Positions 28,041 to 37,580 of a DNA stretch of 64,000 nucleotides are shown piece after piece. Position 1 is the first letter of the stretch. Each line of letters begins with the position of its first letter. This DNA is from Myxococcota bacterium. GTDB lineage: Bacteria > Myxococcota_A > UBA9160 > UBA4427. A program made the position numbers and the translations under genes. The stretch covers positions 1,824,001 to 1,888,000 of the forward strand of contig OZ252299.1 of assembly GCA_965250285.1 (NCBI GenBank), written 5' to 3'. The notes under the pieces were generated by a model that worked only from the letters and a program-made list of their open reading frames with translations, was not told where the DNA came from and did not search any database.

Positions 28041-29054
28041 CTACTTCCTGTTGGGCCTCTTGCTCGCCTTCTTCTTCCTGGCGCCCTTCCTCGCGACCCG
28101 AGGCTGATTGGTCCGGCCGTCGGCCCGACGGCTCGCGGCCTTCTTTCGAGATGCGCCCTGCTTCGGCTTCGTGCCCCTGGCGGCGACCCGAGGCGGCGCC
28201 ACGATCTCGGGCTCCTCGCCGCTGCGCAGGCGATCGACGTACGCCTTGAGCGCGGCGACCTCTCCGGCGCGCAGCGGCCTCGCCTCGCCGCGGCGCAGTC
28301 GACCGAGCGTGATCGGGCCGACCCGCGTCCGGGCCAGGCTCTTCACGGGTCGGCCGATCGCGAGCATCATGCGCCGGATCTGCCGATTCTTTCCCTCGGT
28401 CAGCACGAGCTTGAAGTGGGTCACGCCGCGGTCGGCGTCGTAGCGTGCCGACTCGACGCGTGCGGGCTTCGTGCGCCCCTCCTCGAGCTGAATGCCGCGC
28501 TCGAGCCGACCGATGTCGTTCGGCTTGAGCTCGCCCTTCAACACGACCCGGTACTCCTTCTCGCCGCCGGTCGATGGGTGAAGCAGCGTCTGCGCCATGG
28601 CGCCATCGTTGGTCATCAAGACCAGCCCGGTCGTCTCGACATCGAGGCGACCGACGGGGAACACGCCCGCGGCCCGCGGCGGCAACATGTCGGCGACGGT
28701 CGGTCGGCCTTCGGGGTCGTTCATCGTGGTGACGACGCCCACCGGCTTGTGGAGGATCCAGTAGCTCGGTCGCTGAAGCGCGAGCCGCTCGCCGTCGACG
28801 GCGATCACGTCGGTCGCGGGGTCGGCCGAGTCGCCGAGCTGCGCCGTCTGGCCGTTGACGGTCACGCGCCCGTCGCGCAGATACTGCTCGGTGGCCCGGC
28901 GCGACCCGAGCCCGGCGGCGGCCAGGAGCTTTTGCAGGCGGGCGCGACCGCTCACGAGCTCGGGCCCGGCCGGCTTCGACACGCGGGAGCGACGTGCGCT
29001 CTTCGCGCCCTTCTTCGGGCGGCGCACGTGCCGCGGTGTGCGGGCTGCAGGCAT
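28041..29054 (-). CDS. rluB: rRNA pseudouridine synthase (RluB-like)
   Basis: RLQKLLAAAGLGSRR (S4), VGRLD, LTEGKNRQIRRM; follows scpAB. Confidence 0.88.
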   Translation of the reverse strand: MPAARTPRHVRRPKKGAKSARRSRVSKPAGPELVSGRARLQKLLAAAGLGSRRATEQYLRDGRVTVNGQTAQLGDSADPATDVIAVDGERLALQRPSYWILHKPVGVVTTMNDPEGRPTVADMLPPRAAGVFPVGRLDVETTGLVLMTNDGAMAQTLLHPSTGGEKEYRVVLKGELKPNDIGRLERGIQLEEGRTKPARVESARYDADRGVTHFKLVLTEGKNRQIRRMMLAIGRPVKSLARTRVGPITLGRLRRGEARPLRAGEVAALKAYVDRLRSGEEPEIVAPPRVAARGTKPKQGASRKKAASRRADGRTNQPRVARKGARKKKASKRPNRK

Positions 29055-29107
29055 CGGTCTGCACCTCGGGCAGGTTCGGAGTCGGGCCTTGGGGCGCGAC
29101 GTGCGGA

Positions 29108-29914
29108 TCAGTCGGTGCGTGTCTCGTCGTCGTTCGCGTCGCCCGCAGTCTCGGCCGCGGCCTCCCCGTCGACGTCGGAGGCCGGGTCGGCCGCGCTCGC
29201 ATCGAGATCGACGACCTGCTCGGCCGGCGGCTCGGGGGCGGGCGCGAGTGCGTCGGCGTCGACCTCGCGCACGCCGAGATCCTTCGCGACGGCCTCGGCG
29301 CTCAGCGCCTCGCCCTCGGCGAGCTCGGTGATCGGCGCGTCGGCGTCGCTGGCGCCTTCGCCGACGTCTTCCCGGCCGACTCCGTGCTCCTTGGCCAGCT
29401 CGTCGAGCTCGCGCAGCGCCGGCAGATCCTTCAACGACTTGAGGCCGAAGACCTCGAGGAAGCGCTTGCTCGTGCCGTAGAGCATCGGTCGCCCCGGCAC
29501 CTCGCGGTGCCCCACGATGCGCACGAGGCGGCGCTCGAGCAGGCTCTTCACGACCGGACCCGTATCGACCCCGCGCACCGCGTCGACCTCGGCGCGGGTC
29601 ATCGGCTGCTTGTAGGCGATGATCGCGAGGCTCTCGAGCGCAGCGCGCGAGAGTCGCAGGGCGCGCGTCTTGCGCAGCTTCTGCAGGTAGCCCGAGAACT
29701 CGGCGAGCGTGCGAATCTGGTAGCCGCCCGCGACCTCCCAGATCTCGAACGAGCGATCCTGCTCCTGGTACTCGGTGTTCAGCTCGTTCACGAGATCCTT
29801 CGCCTGCGCCGTCGTGCAGTACGGGATCAGGTCGGCCAGCTTCGCGGCCGAAATCGGATCGGGCGAGGCGAGAATCAGGGCTTCGATGATGCGGCGCTTC
29901 TCTTTGGCGTCCAT
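29108..29914 (-). CDS. scpB: SMC-Scp complex subunit ScpB
   Basis: LSRAALESLAIIAYKQPMTRAEVDAVRGV, PGRPMLYGT, FLEVFGL. Confidence 0.95.
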   Translation of the reverse strand: MDAKEKRRIIEALILASPDPISAAKLADLIPYCTTAQAKDLVNELNTEYQEQDRSFEIWEVAGGYQIRTLAEFSGYLQKLRKTRALRLSRAALESLAIIAYKQPMTRAEVDAVRGVDTGPVVKSLLERRLVRIVGHREVPGRPMLYGTSKRFLEVFGLKSLKDLPALRELDELAKEHGVGREDVGEGASDADAPITELAEGEALSAEAVAKDLGVREVDADALAPAPEPPAEQVVDLDASAADPASDVDGEAAAETAGDANDDETRTD

Positions 29915-30002
29915 GTCGGCCGGTCCTTCGTGGGGTTTCGGTGCGGGGCTTCGACGCGCTCGCGACCGGCTCGATCGAGCCGGTCGCCGAACCCTGCGCG
30001 CG

Positions 30003-30866
30003 TCACATGGTCTCGGTGATGCGTTCGTGCCAGCTGAGTGCCGTGTCGTCCTGCGGAACCGCCTTCAGGCGAATCGGCCCAGCCGGTGCACCGGTCTCGT
30101 TCGCGCCCTGATAGACGTGCAGCGCGTGGAGGCGTGCCAGCTCGAGCAGCGCGAGAAACGTGGCGACGAGCAAAGGCCGCGATGCACTGCGTCCATGATC
30201 GGGCCCGAAGAGGTCGAGGAACTCGATGCTCTCGACCTGCTCCAGCTGATCCATCACTTCGATCATGCGCTCGCGAACCGTGACGACCTCGGTCTCGACC
30301 TCGTGGGTCAAGACGTCGTCGCTGCGATCGAGCACCTGCTTGAAGGCTTCGATCAGGTCGAAGAGACCGACCTCGATCTGACGCTCCGAGTCGGGCACCG
30401 CCTCGGGCGCAGGCCCCTGGGCCTCGAACACGTCGCGCCCGAGCAGACGCTTCTGGCCGAGGCTGTCGGCGACCTCCTTGAAGCGCTGATACTCGAGCAG
30501 TCGAAGCACAAGCTCGGTGCGCGGGTCGAGCGTCTCGCCGTCGTCCTCTTCGGCTTCGTCGGGGGGCAGCAGCATGCGCGACTTGATCAGCGCGAGCGTC
30601 GCCGCCATGACCAGGTACTCGGCCGCGACGTCGAGATTGAGCTCTTGCATGAGCTCGATGTAACCGAGGTACTGCTCCGCGATCAGCGCGATCGGGATGT
30701 CGGTGACATCCACCTCGTTCTGACGGATCAGATGCAGCAGAAGATCGAGGGGGCCCTCGAAGACCTCGAGCTTGACGGCGTAATCGGCGCCTGCGCCCGC
30801 GTGTCCGAGGGCAGCCCCGATCGCCGCCCCGAGCGGGGCGTCGTCATGGGTGTCGGAAAGGCTCAT
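30003..30866 (-). CDS. scpA: Segregation and condensation protein A
   Basis: FEGPLDLLLHLI, EYLVMAATLALIKSRMLLP, FLALLEL. Confidence 0.95.
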   Translation of the reverse strand: MSLSDTHDDAPLGAAIGAALGHAGAGADYAVKLEVFEGPLDLLLHLIRQNEVDVTDIPIALIAEQYLGYIELMQELNLDVAAEYLVMAATLALIKSRMLLPPDEAEEDDGETLDPRTELVLRLLEYQRFKEVADSLGQKRLLGRDVFEAQGPAPEAVPDSERQIEVGLFDLIEAFKQVLDRSDDVLTHEVETEVVTVRERMIEVMDQLEQVESIEFLDLFGPDHGRSASRPLLVATFLALLELARLHALHVYQGANETGAPAGPIRLKAVPQDDTALSWHERITETM

Positions 30867-30934
30867 GGCTCCGGCCGGCCTGGGGGGTGAGGGTCAAGGG
30901 GATGGGCACGACGTGGCCTTGCTCGAGCCACTGG

Positions 30935-30963
30935 AGTATGGGCAATCTCCCGCGCAGCGGCAA
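30935..30963 (-). promoter_or_regulatory. Sigma70-type promoter of scpAB-rluB
   Basis: TTGCCG-N17-CATACT on the minus strand. Confidence 0.55.
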
Positions 30964-30999
30964 CGAGATGCGCGTCACAGAGCGCGGCGGCAGACGCGA

Positions 31000-32553
31000 T
31001 CAGCCGTCCGACCCGGGCTTCTTTCCACGGCGCGCCTCGGGGCTCGCGCGGCGCGTCGACGCAGCGGAGGCCTTCGCTTGCCGGCCCGTCGACGGCTTCT
31101 TCTTCGCCGTTCGCTTCCCGGCCGCCGGCTTCTTGGCCACCCGCCTGCCAGCGGCGCGCTGCCGCGGCTGGCCCGCCCCGGCGACACGCGACCGGGCCGA
31201 TCCCCGCTGCGAGAGTTCTTGCGCCAGCGCGAGCGCCTCCTCGCGGTTCGCGACGTCGCCGTCGAGAAAAGCGGCGCGCACGCGGGCGAGCACGCGGCCG
31301 ACGTCGGGGCCGGCCAGACCGAGCGCCGTGACGTCGGCACCCGTCACGGGCGAGCGACGCGGACGATCCTCGGCGGCCCAGCGCACGATCCGCTTGCGCT
31401 CGGCGGGCTCACTCCAGGCCCACAGTGCTTCGAGCACGCCCTCTTCGAGCGGCGCGAGCAGCTCATCGACCCCCCCGCGCCCGCGCAGCATGCGAAGCTT
31501 CGGCAGCAGTCGATCACGCTGTTTGCGAAAGCCACCGATCCGGCGTGCGACGTCGCCGCGGATCGACATGCGGCCGAGCGTGCGTTGTCCGAGGCCCGAC
31601 GGCAGCGATGCGAGCCAGATCGCCATCCCGGCCTGCCACGGGGGCGTCGCGCCGGTCTTCCAGAGCGGCGCCTCGACGAAGCGGCCGAACCGGCGCAGCG
31701 GCGCGATGGCCTCCTTCGGCAGCTTCAGGCCGGGTTCGAGCGCGGGCAGCACGTGCCATTGGTCGAGCAGCCTCAGCGCCGCCGCCGGATTCAGACCGAG
31801 GCGCGCATCGGAGAAGCAGCGCTGAATCTCGCGGCGCAGGCGCTCCCCTGACACGCCCCCGAACGCTCCGTCGCGCAGAGCCCCGCGCAGGGCCGAGCGC
31901 GTCCCGCGCGCGAGTGAGAAGCCGAGCCGGGCGCCGAGGCGCGCGGCTCGGAGCGCGCGCGTCGGATCGTCGTGGAAGCTCCGTTCGTGCAGCACGCGCA
32001 GACGTGCCGACTCGAGATCGACGAGGCCGTCCAGCGGATCGTGGACCCGTGCCTCCCCGCCCCCCTTCGCCGCCAGGGGAATCGTCATGGCGTTGACCGA
32101 GAAGTCGCGACGCAGGAGATCCTCGTCGATCGTCGCCCACGCGACCTCGGGCAGCGCGCCCGGCCGCCGGTAGGTCTCGGTGCGAGCCGAGGCGAGGTCG
32201 ACGTGGGCGCCTTCTTCTTCGATTCGCACCGTGCCGAATCGGCCATGGGTCACGACGCGGCCCCCCGATGAGGCGAGCTGCTCGGCCAGTCCGCCCGCCG
32301 GCGACGCGTCGGCGTCGAACGTCGCGAACCCGTTCGGGTCGCGCGGCGCGATCAAGAGGTCGACGTCGCGAATCTCTCGGTCCAGCAGCAGGTCGCGCAC
32401 CGGGCCGCCCACGAGATGCGCCTCGAGCCCCGCTTCGGCCGCGGCGGCGACCGCACGACGCACCATGCGCTGGGTGTCGACGGGCAGCGCGGCGAGCAGC
32501 TCGGAGGTGCGCCAGCTCGTCGATGCGGGCCGGCGTGCCGCGCTCACCGGCAT
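31000..32553 (-). CDS. Class II tRNA nucleotidyltransferase (possibly A-adding)
   Basis: [11 protein letters not shown]...[39 protein letters not shown]. Confidence 0.88.
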   Translation of the reverse strand: MPVSAARRPASTSWRTSELLAALPVDTQRMVRRAVAAAAEAGLEAHLVGGPVRDLLLDREIRDVDLLIAPRDPNGFATFDADASPAGGLAEQLASSGGRVVTHGRFGTVRIEEEGAHVDLASARTETYRRPGALPEVAWATIDEDLLRRDFSVNAMTIPLAAKGGGEARVHDPLDGLVDLESARLRVLHERSFHDDPTRALRAARLGARLGFSLARGTRSALRGALRDGAFGGVSGERLRREIQRCFSDARLGLNPAAALRLLDQWHVLPALEPGLKLPKEAIAPLRRFGRFVEAPLWKTGATPPWQAGMAIWLASLPSGLGQRTLGRMSIRGDVARRIGGFRKQRDRLLPKLRMLRGRGGVDELLAPLEEGVLEALWAWSEPAERKRIVRWAAEDRPRRSPVTGADVTALGLAGPDVGRVLARVRAAFLDGDVANREEALALAQELSQRGSARSRVAGAGQPRQRAAGRRVAKKPAAGKRTAKKKPSTGRQAKASAASTRRASPEARRGKKPGSDG

Positions 32554-32578
32554 CTGCCTGCGAGGTCGAAACGACGGC

Positions 32579-33520
32579 TCACCGTCGACCCCCTGGGCCG
32601 GCCCCGCGCGGATGACGGGCCTCGACCGTTTCGCGCAAGCGCCCTCGGCTCACGTGGGTGTAGACCTCGGTCGTCGCGAGGTCGGCGTGTCCGAGCATGG
32701 CCTGGATCGCGCGCAGGTCGGCGCCTCCCTCGAGCAGATCCGTCGCGAAGGCATGCCTCAAGACGTGCGGTGAGACCTTCTCGGCGGGTAAGTCAGCCTG
32801 CAGCGCTCGTTTGCGAATGAGCGCGAAGAAGTTCTGCCGGGTCATCGCGCCGCCCCGCCGCGTGACGAAGACCGATGGTGAGCGCCCGCGGCTGCGCTCG
32901 AGGAGCCGCGGACGCCCGTCGGCCAAGTACGCCTCGAGGGCATCGAGCGCCGCTTCTCCGATCGGCACCCAGCGCTCCTTGCGCCCCTTGCCCTCGACCC
33001 GCAGCAGGCCGCCGCGCCGATCGACGGCAGCCAGCGGCAAGGCCACCAGCTCACTGACGCGCAGGCCCGCGCCATAGAGCATCTCGAGCATCGACCGGTC
33101 GCGAAGACCCAGCGGCGTCCCGTCGTCACAGACGCCGATCAGGCGATCGGTCTCGTCGGGCAGCAGGACCTTGGGCAGCGTGCGAGCCGACTTGCCCGCG
33201 GTCACGCCTTCGAGGGGGTCGGTATCGAGCCAGCCCTCGGTCTGCGCATACGTAAACATGCGGCGCACGGCGGAGAGCATCCGCTGGCGCGTCCGCGGCG
33301 CGAGGCCGGCGTCGTCGAGGTCGTGCAAGAAGCCGACGACGTGGGTCCGCGTCACGTCGGCCACCCGGTCGACCCCCCGCGACGCGAGCGACGCATCGAG
33401 TCGCGCGAGGTCCGATGCGTACGCCGCCACCGTCGCCGGCGACAACCCTCGCTCGACCTTCACGTGCACCAGAAAGGCGTCGCGCAAGGCTTCGATGCTG
33501 CGCGCGCCTGCGCCGCTCAC
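32579..33520 (-). CDS. xerD: Tyrosine recombinase XerD
   Basis: [54 protein letters not shown]...HPR. Confidence 0.9.
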   Translation of the reverse strand: MSGAGARSIEALRDAFLVHVKVERGLSPATVAAYASDLARLDASLASRGVDRVADVTRTHVVGFLHDLDDAGLAPRTRQRMLSAVRRMFTYAQTEGWLDTDPLEGVTAGKSARTLPKVLLPDETDRLIGVCDDGTPLGLRDRSMLEMLYGAGLRVSELVALPLAAVDRRGGLLRVEGKGRKERWVPIGEAALDALEAYLADGRPRLLERSRGRSPSVFVTRRGGAMTRQNFFALIRKRALQADLPAEKVSPHVLRHAFATDLLEGGADLRAIQAMLGHADLATTEVYTHVSRGRLRETVEARHPRGAGPGGRR

Positions 33521-36312
33521 GCGCCTTCCTCGTCGCTCTTCCCCTTGGCCGCCACGAGCAGGGCGTCGCGCAGCGAGGCGAGCATCTCGGGGTCGGTCGG
33601 CTTTCGTCCTTCGCCGTCCTTCAGGTAGAACGTGTCGGTGACCTGATCCTTGATCGTCGCAGCCTTCGAGATGTAGATCTCGAGGCCGAACTCGCCGATG
33701 CACTTCGTCACGTCGTGCAGCAGGCCGAGCCGGTCGTCGGCAATCACGTCGACCACCGTATAGAAGTCACTCTCTTCGGTCGTGATCGCGACACGCGGTG
33801 CCTTGCGCGTCGGCAAGGTGGCCTGGTACGAGCCGGGCAGGCGCCGGGCCCGCAGGTCTTCGACGCGAACGTCCCCTCGCACGACCCCTTCGAGCGACTC
33901 TCGAAGCTGTTCGAACGCGAGCTCCCGCTCGGCGTCACCACCCAGTGGCGTCGAGATGCGGTAGATCTCGAGCGCGAGCCCCTCGCGCGTCGTGTAGACG
34001 TGCGAGCCGAGGATGTTCAACCCATGGGCCGCGAGCGTGCCGGCCACCATCGAGTAGAGCCCGTGCACATCTCGGGTGCAGAGGATGAACTCGGTGAAGT
34101 CGGCACGCATTGGCCGAAACGCCGTCGTCACCGCCTTCTCTGGACCGTAGTCGAGCGCCACCTTCGCGTGGCGCGCGATCTGACGCGGCGTGTGGTTGAC
34201 GAAGTAGCGCCGATGCAGCCCGGCGAAGAAGGCTTCGGTTGCGCCGGGGTCGATGCCTTGCTCGGTCAGCTCCTGCTGGGCCCCATCACGGCGCTTCTCG
34301 ACCCGCGCCTCGATCAGATCCATCGCCTGATCGGCATCCGCGCCCGTCTCGAGCATCTCGGCCGCGCGCTCGTAGAGCTCGGCCAGGAGCTGGCCCTTCC
34401 AGTCGGTCCACGCGTCTCGGCTGCTCGCGCGAATGTCCGCAAAAGTGGAAAGGTAGAGATTGCGCAGGTTCGTCCGATCGCCGCAGAGCTGCGAGAACTC
34501 GTACAGCAGCTTCGGGTCGGACAGGTCTCGGCTCTGCGCGAGATGCGACATCAGCAGGTGATGTTCGACGACGAAGATGACGCGCTTCGACCGCTCCTCG
34601 TCGAGGCCGAGGCGCTCGACGAGCGGAATCGCTCGCACGACACCCTTCCTCGAGTGATCGCCGCCAAAACCCTTGCCGATGTCGTGCAACAGGCAGCCCA
34701 GAAAGAGCGCCGGGCGATCGTCGACCGACTGCATCAGCTGCGTCAACTCGGGCATGCCCCGCTCATACTTGCCCCGCCACAGGCGTCGCAGCTCTTCGAC
34801 GAGGAAGATCGAGTGCACGTCGACCGTGTACGTGTGGTAGATGACGTGCTGCCAGCGGCACACGATGTGCTGCCACTCGGGCAGGAACGTGCCGAGGAAG
34901 CCGACCTCGTTCATCGCCATCAGGCTGCGTGTCACGCGCTTCTCGCCGTTCAGGATGCGCTCGAACCCGGCCACCCAGGATGGATCGCTCCGCTCGACGT
35001 CGGTCACGAGGTCGAGGTTCTCCCGCACGAATCGCCGAGCCATGCGCGAAAGCGGTACGTCGTGCTTCTGAGCCACCTCGAAGGCGAGCAGCAGACGAAT
35101 CGGGCGCTCTCGCAGATGGGCCGAGTGCGGGATCTCGAGGTGGTCGTTCGCGAGCCGGAACCCGTCTTCGACGTCGACCGCGACGCGATCGGCCGGGTCG
35201 GCCCCCGACACCCGCGCCTGACACTGATCGATGATCAGCTCGCTGAAGTTCTGGATCACGCGCGCATGCATGTAGTACTCGCGCATGAACCGCTCGACCG
35301 GCAGGTCGGGATCATCGGCTTCGAGTCGCATCTCGAGCAGGCCGGTCTCGGCCGGCTGCGGAGGCTCGGGACGGTGGTTCATCGCGTAGGCCTCGGTCGA
35401 GCCGTACCCGAGTCCGTCGGCGACGAGTTCCTGAAGCTCGAAGCTCATCTGGTCAGTCGCGCGCTTCGTGCGCAGATGCAGCTCGTTGCGCACCCGCCAG
35501 AGAAAGTCGAGCGCCGCGCGGTAAGTCTGCATCTCGCCGTCGGTCAACAGTCCGAAGTGCAGCAGATCGTCGAGATCGCGCAGCGAGGGCTGGGCGGCGC
35601 GCGCCACCCAGTACGCCGTGTGGTAGTCGCGCAGCGTACCCGCGCCCTCCTTGACGTTGGGCTGGAGCAGGAAGAGAGATTCGCCAAAGTCTTCGTGGCG
35701 TGCCTGCTTCGTCTCGACGACCTCGGCGATGAACGCGGGCACGTCGGGCACCAGCTCACTGCGCATCCGGTCGGCAAAGACGTGAAAGAACTCGCCATCG
35801 CCGCACAGGAAGCGGGCCGTGAGGATGCCCGTTCGCACGGTGACATCCTCGCGGCCGAGCGAGACGGTGTCGTCGAGCGTGCGGGTCGCGCAGCCGACGG
35901 AGAGCCCCGAATCCCAGAGCCAGTACTGAAGCCGCTCCGCGATGCCGGCGACGTAGGGGCTGAGCTCGTCGCGGTAGAGGATCAACAGATCGACGTCGCT
36001 GTGGATCGACATCTCGCGGCGGGCATAGCCGCCGACCGCGAGGACCGACAGCCCCCGCTCGACCTGCCCCCCGTCGCGCAGGTGATGCTCCTCGGCCAGA
36101 ATGAAGAGGCGGCGCACGAGGCGATCCATGAAATCGGAGTTCGCCTCGTTGACGGCCCGCCCCGACGCCGATTCGGCGTGCACCTCGGCCAGTCGGGCAC
36201 GGGCGTGCTCGAGATACGCCCGCACCGCCATCGGCACCTTGCGGCTGATCGGCCCGTCTTCGGCCAGCGCCTTATCGAGCTCGGCGTCGATGTTCGGCTG
36301 CGTCGTGCTCAT
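33517..36312 (-). CDS. glnD: [Protein-PII] uridylyltransferase
   Basis: AVGGYARREMSIHSDVDL, PNVKEGAGTLRD, YHTYTVDVH, LLHDIGK, two C-terminal ACT domains. Confidence 0.96.
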   Translation of the reverse strand: MSTTQPNIDAELDKALAEDGPISRKVPMAVRAYLEHARARLAEVHAESASGRAVNEANSDFMDRLVRRLFILAEEHHLRDGGQVERGLSVLAVGGYARREMSIHSDVDLLILYRDELSPYVAGIAERLQYWLWDSGLSVGCATRTLDDTVSLGREDVTVRTGILTARFLCGDGEFFHVFADRMRSELVPDVPAFIAEVVETKQARHEDFGESLFLLQPNVKEGAGTLRDYHTAYWVARAAQPSLRDLDDLLHFGLLTDGEMQTYRAALDFLWRVRNELHLRTKRATDQMSFELQELVADGLGYGSTEAYAMNHRPEPPQPAETGLLEMRLEADDPDLPVERFMREYYMHARVIQNFSELIIDQCQARVSGADPADRVAVDVEDGFRLANDHLEIPHSAHLRERPIRLLLAFEVAQKHDVPLSRMARRFVRENLDLVTDVERSDPSWVAGFERILNGEKRVTRSLMAMNEVGFLGTFLPEWQHIVCRWQHVIYHTYTVDVHSIFLVEELRRLWRGKYERGMPELTQLMQSVDDRPALFLGCLLHDIGKGFGGDHSRKGVVRAIPLVERLGLDEERSKRVIFVVEHHLLMSHLAQSRDLSDPKLLYEFSQLCGDRTNLRNLYLSTFADIRASSRDAWTDWKGQLLAELYERAAEMLETGADADQAMDLIEARVEKRRDGAQQELTEQGIDPGATEAFFAGLHRRYFVNHTPRQIARHAKVALDYGPEKAVTTAFRPMRADFTEFILCTRDVHGLYSMVAGTLAAHGLNILGSHVYTTREGLALEIYRISTPLGGDAERELAFEQLRESLEGVVRGDVRVEDLRARRLPGSYQATLPTRKAPRVAITTEESDFYTVVDVIADDRLGLLHDVTKCIGEFGLEIYISKAATIKDQVTDTFYLKDGEGRKPTDPEMLASLRDALLVAAKGKSDEEGA

Positions 36313-37580
36313 CTTGCCCCCACGGCCGGCAGTCGATCACCGTCGGACGAGGCTCGAAGCGTATCGGTTTTCGAGACCGAGTTGCGGTAGTGGCCGAGTC
36401 CGGCCGCGATCTGGGCAGCGAACGTGTCGAGATAGCGCTCACTTCGCAAGAGCGACGCGTCGCGCTTGTTCGTCAGGAACCCCGTCTCGACCAGGATCGA
36501 GGGCATGCTCGACATGAACAGCACGTAGAACGGGCCACGCTTCACGCCGAGATCGGGGCTGCCCCGGTAGACCGAATCCAGCCCCGTGATCACGTCGTGA
36601 TGAACGATCTCGGCCAGCTTCTTCGAGTGGACGGAGGCCTCCGAAACCCGCAGCTTCGCGAGCGTCCGCTGCAGCCCGTCGACGTGGCGCGGCTGGATGC
36701 CGTTCTCACGCGCGGCCACCTCGATCGAGTGGCGCTCGTGATTCTCGTCGAGATAGTAGATCTCGATGCCCCGCGTCGAGCGCCGGCGCGACGCGTTGGC
36801 ATGGATCGATACGAAGACATCCCCGCCAGCCGATTCGGCGATGGCCGTCCGCTCTTCGAGGTCGACGAACCGATCGTCGTCCCGCGTCATGAACACCCGA
36901 AAGCTGCGCGCCTCGAGCCGACGTTTGAGCAGCTTCGCGAGCTTCAGGTTGACGACCTTCTCGAACATCCCGCCATGGCCCACGGCACCAGGATCCTTCC
37001 CGCCGTGCCCCGGGTCGATCACGACCGTGCGCACCCGCCGAGCCGTCACGGGCAGGCGGCCGCTCTTGCTCTTGGAAGTCGACACCGAACGCGTCGGCGC
37101 GCCGACATTCGCGCCCCTCTCGCCGAACACGTCGATCACCAGACGATGGGGTGCCTCGAGGGTGAAGAGCCGGTGGCGACCGTAGCTCTGGAGGTCGATC
37201 ACGAGTCGCGAGTTGTGCAGGGTGTACTGGCCGAGGCGAACGTCCTGCAGCAGACCGTCTTCGATCGGGATGCCCTCGAGGTAGTCGCGTCCGACCCACA
37301 CGCCGGCGATGTCGATGTAGAGCCGATCCGGCCGATTCGCCTTGCGGTTCGCCGCGAGTCGCGTGAGATCCTCCGACACCAGATCGACCGGCGCCGTCAG
37401 CTCGACGACGACCCGCGTGTAGTCGGGATACGACCATGTACGCACCTCGCGCACGTCGGCGAGGCCCTTCGGCCGCTCGGCGGCGATCGCCACGAGCGCC
37501 ACGAAGGCGAGCACAGCGATCCAACCGAGCCGCCGCGCGTCCTTCCGGTTCGCAGTCTTGCGAGCGGAACGACCCGTCAC
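36309..37580 (-). CDS. N-acetylmuramoyl-L-alanine amidase (AMIN + Amidase_3)
   Basis: YTRVVVEL, RLVIDV, VVIDPGHGGKDPGA, FVSIHANA, SILVETGF. Confidence 0.93.
   Translation of the reverse strand: MTGRSARKTANRKDARRLGWIAVLAFVALVAIAAERPKGLADVREVRTWSYPDYTRVVVELTAPVDLVSEDLTRLAANRKANRPDRLYIDIAGVWVGRDYLEGIPIEDGLLQDVRLGQYTLHNSRLVIDLQSYGRHRLFTLEAPHRLVIDVFGERGANVGAPTRSVSTSKSKSGRLPVTARRVRTVVIDPGHGGKDPGAVGHGGMFEKVVNLKLAKLLKRRLEARSFRVFMTRDDDRFVDLEERTAIAESAGGDVFVSIHANASRRRSTRGIEIYYLDENHERHSIEVAARENGIQPRHVDGLQRTLAKLRVSEASVHSKKLAEIVHHDVITGLDSVYRGSPDLGVKRGPFYVLFMSSMPSILVETGFLTNKRDASLLRSERYLDTFAAQIAAGLGHYRNSVSKTDTLRASSDGDRLPAVGAR

Noticed and set aside
32579..33520. Tyrosine recombinase as a possible prophage or island integrase
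   Set aside because: Has XerD signatures, is translationally coupled to glnD, and no att sites or phage genes are nearby
33415..36390. 991-aa plus-strand ORF, and similar long ORFs such as 42085-45042, 55913-57535 and 22850-25153
   Set aside because: Antisense shadows of glnD, rpsA, trpE and the ABC1 kinase caused by high GC3; no motifs
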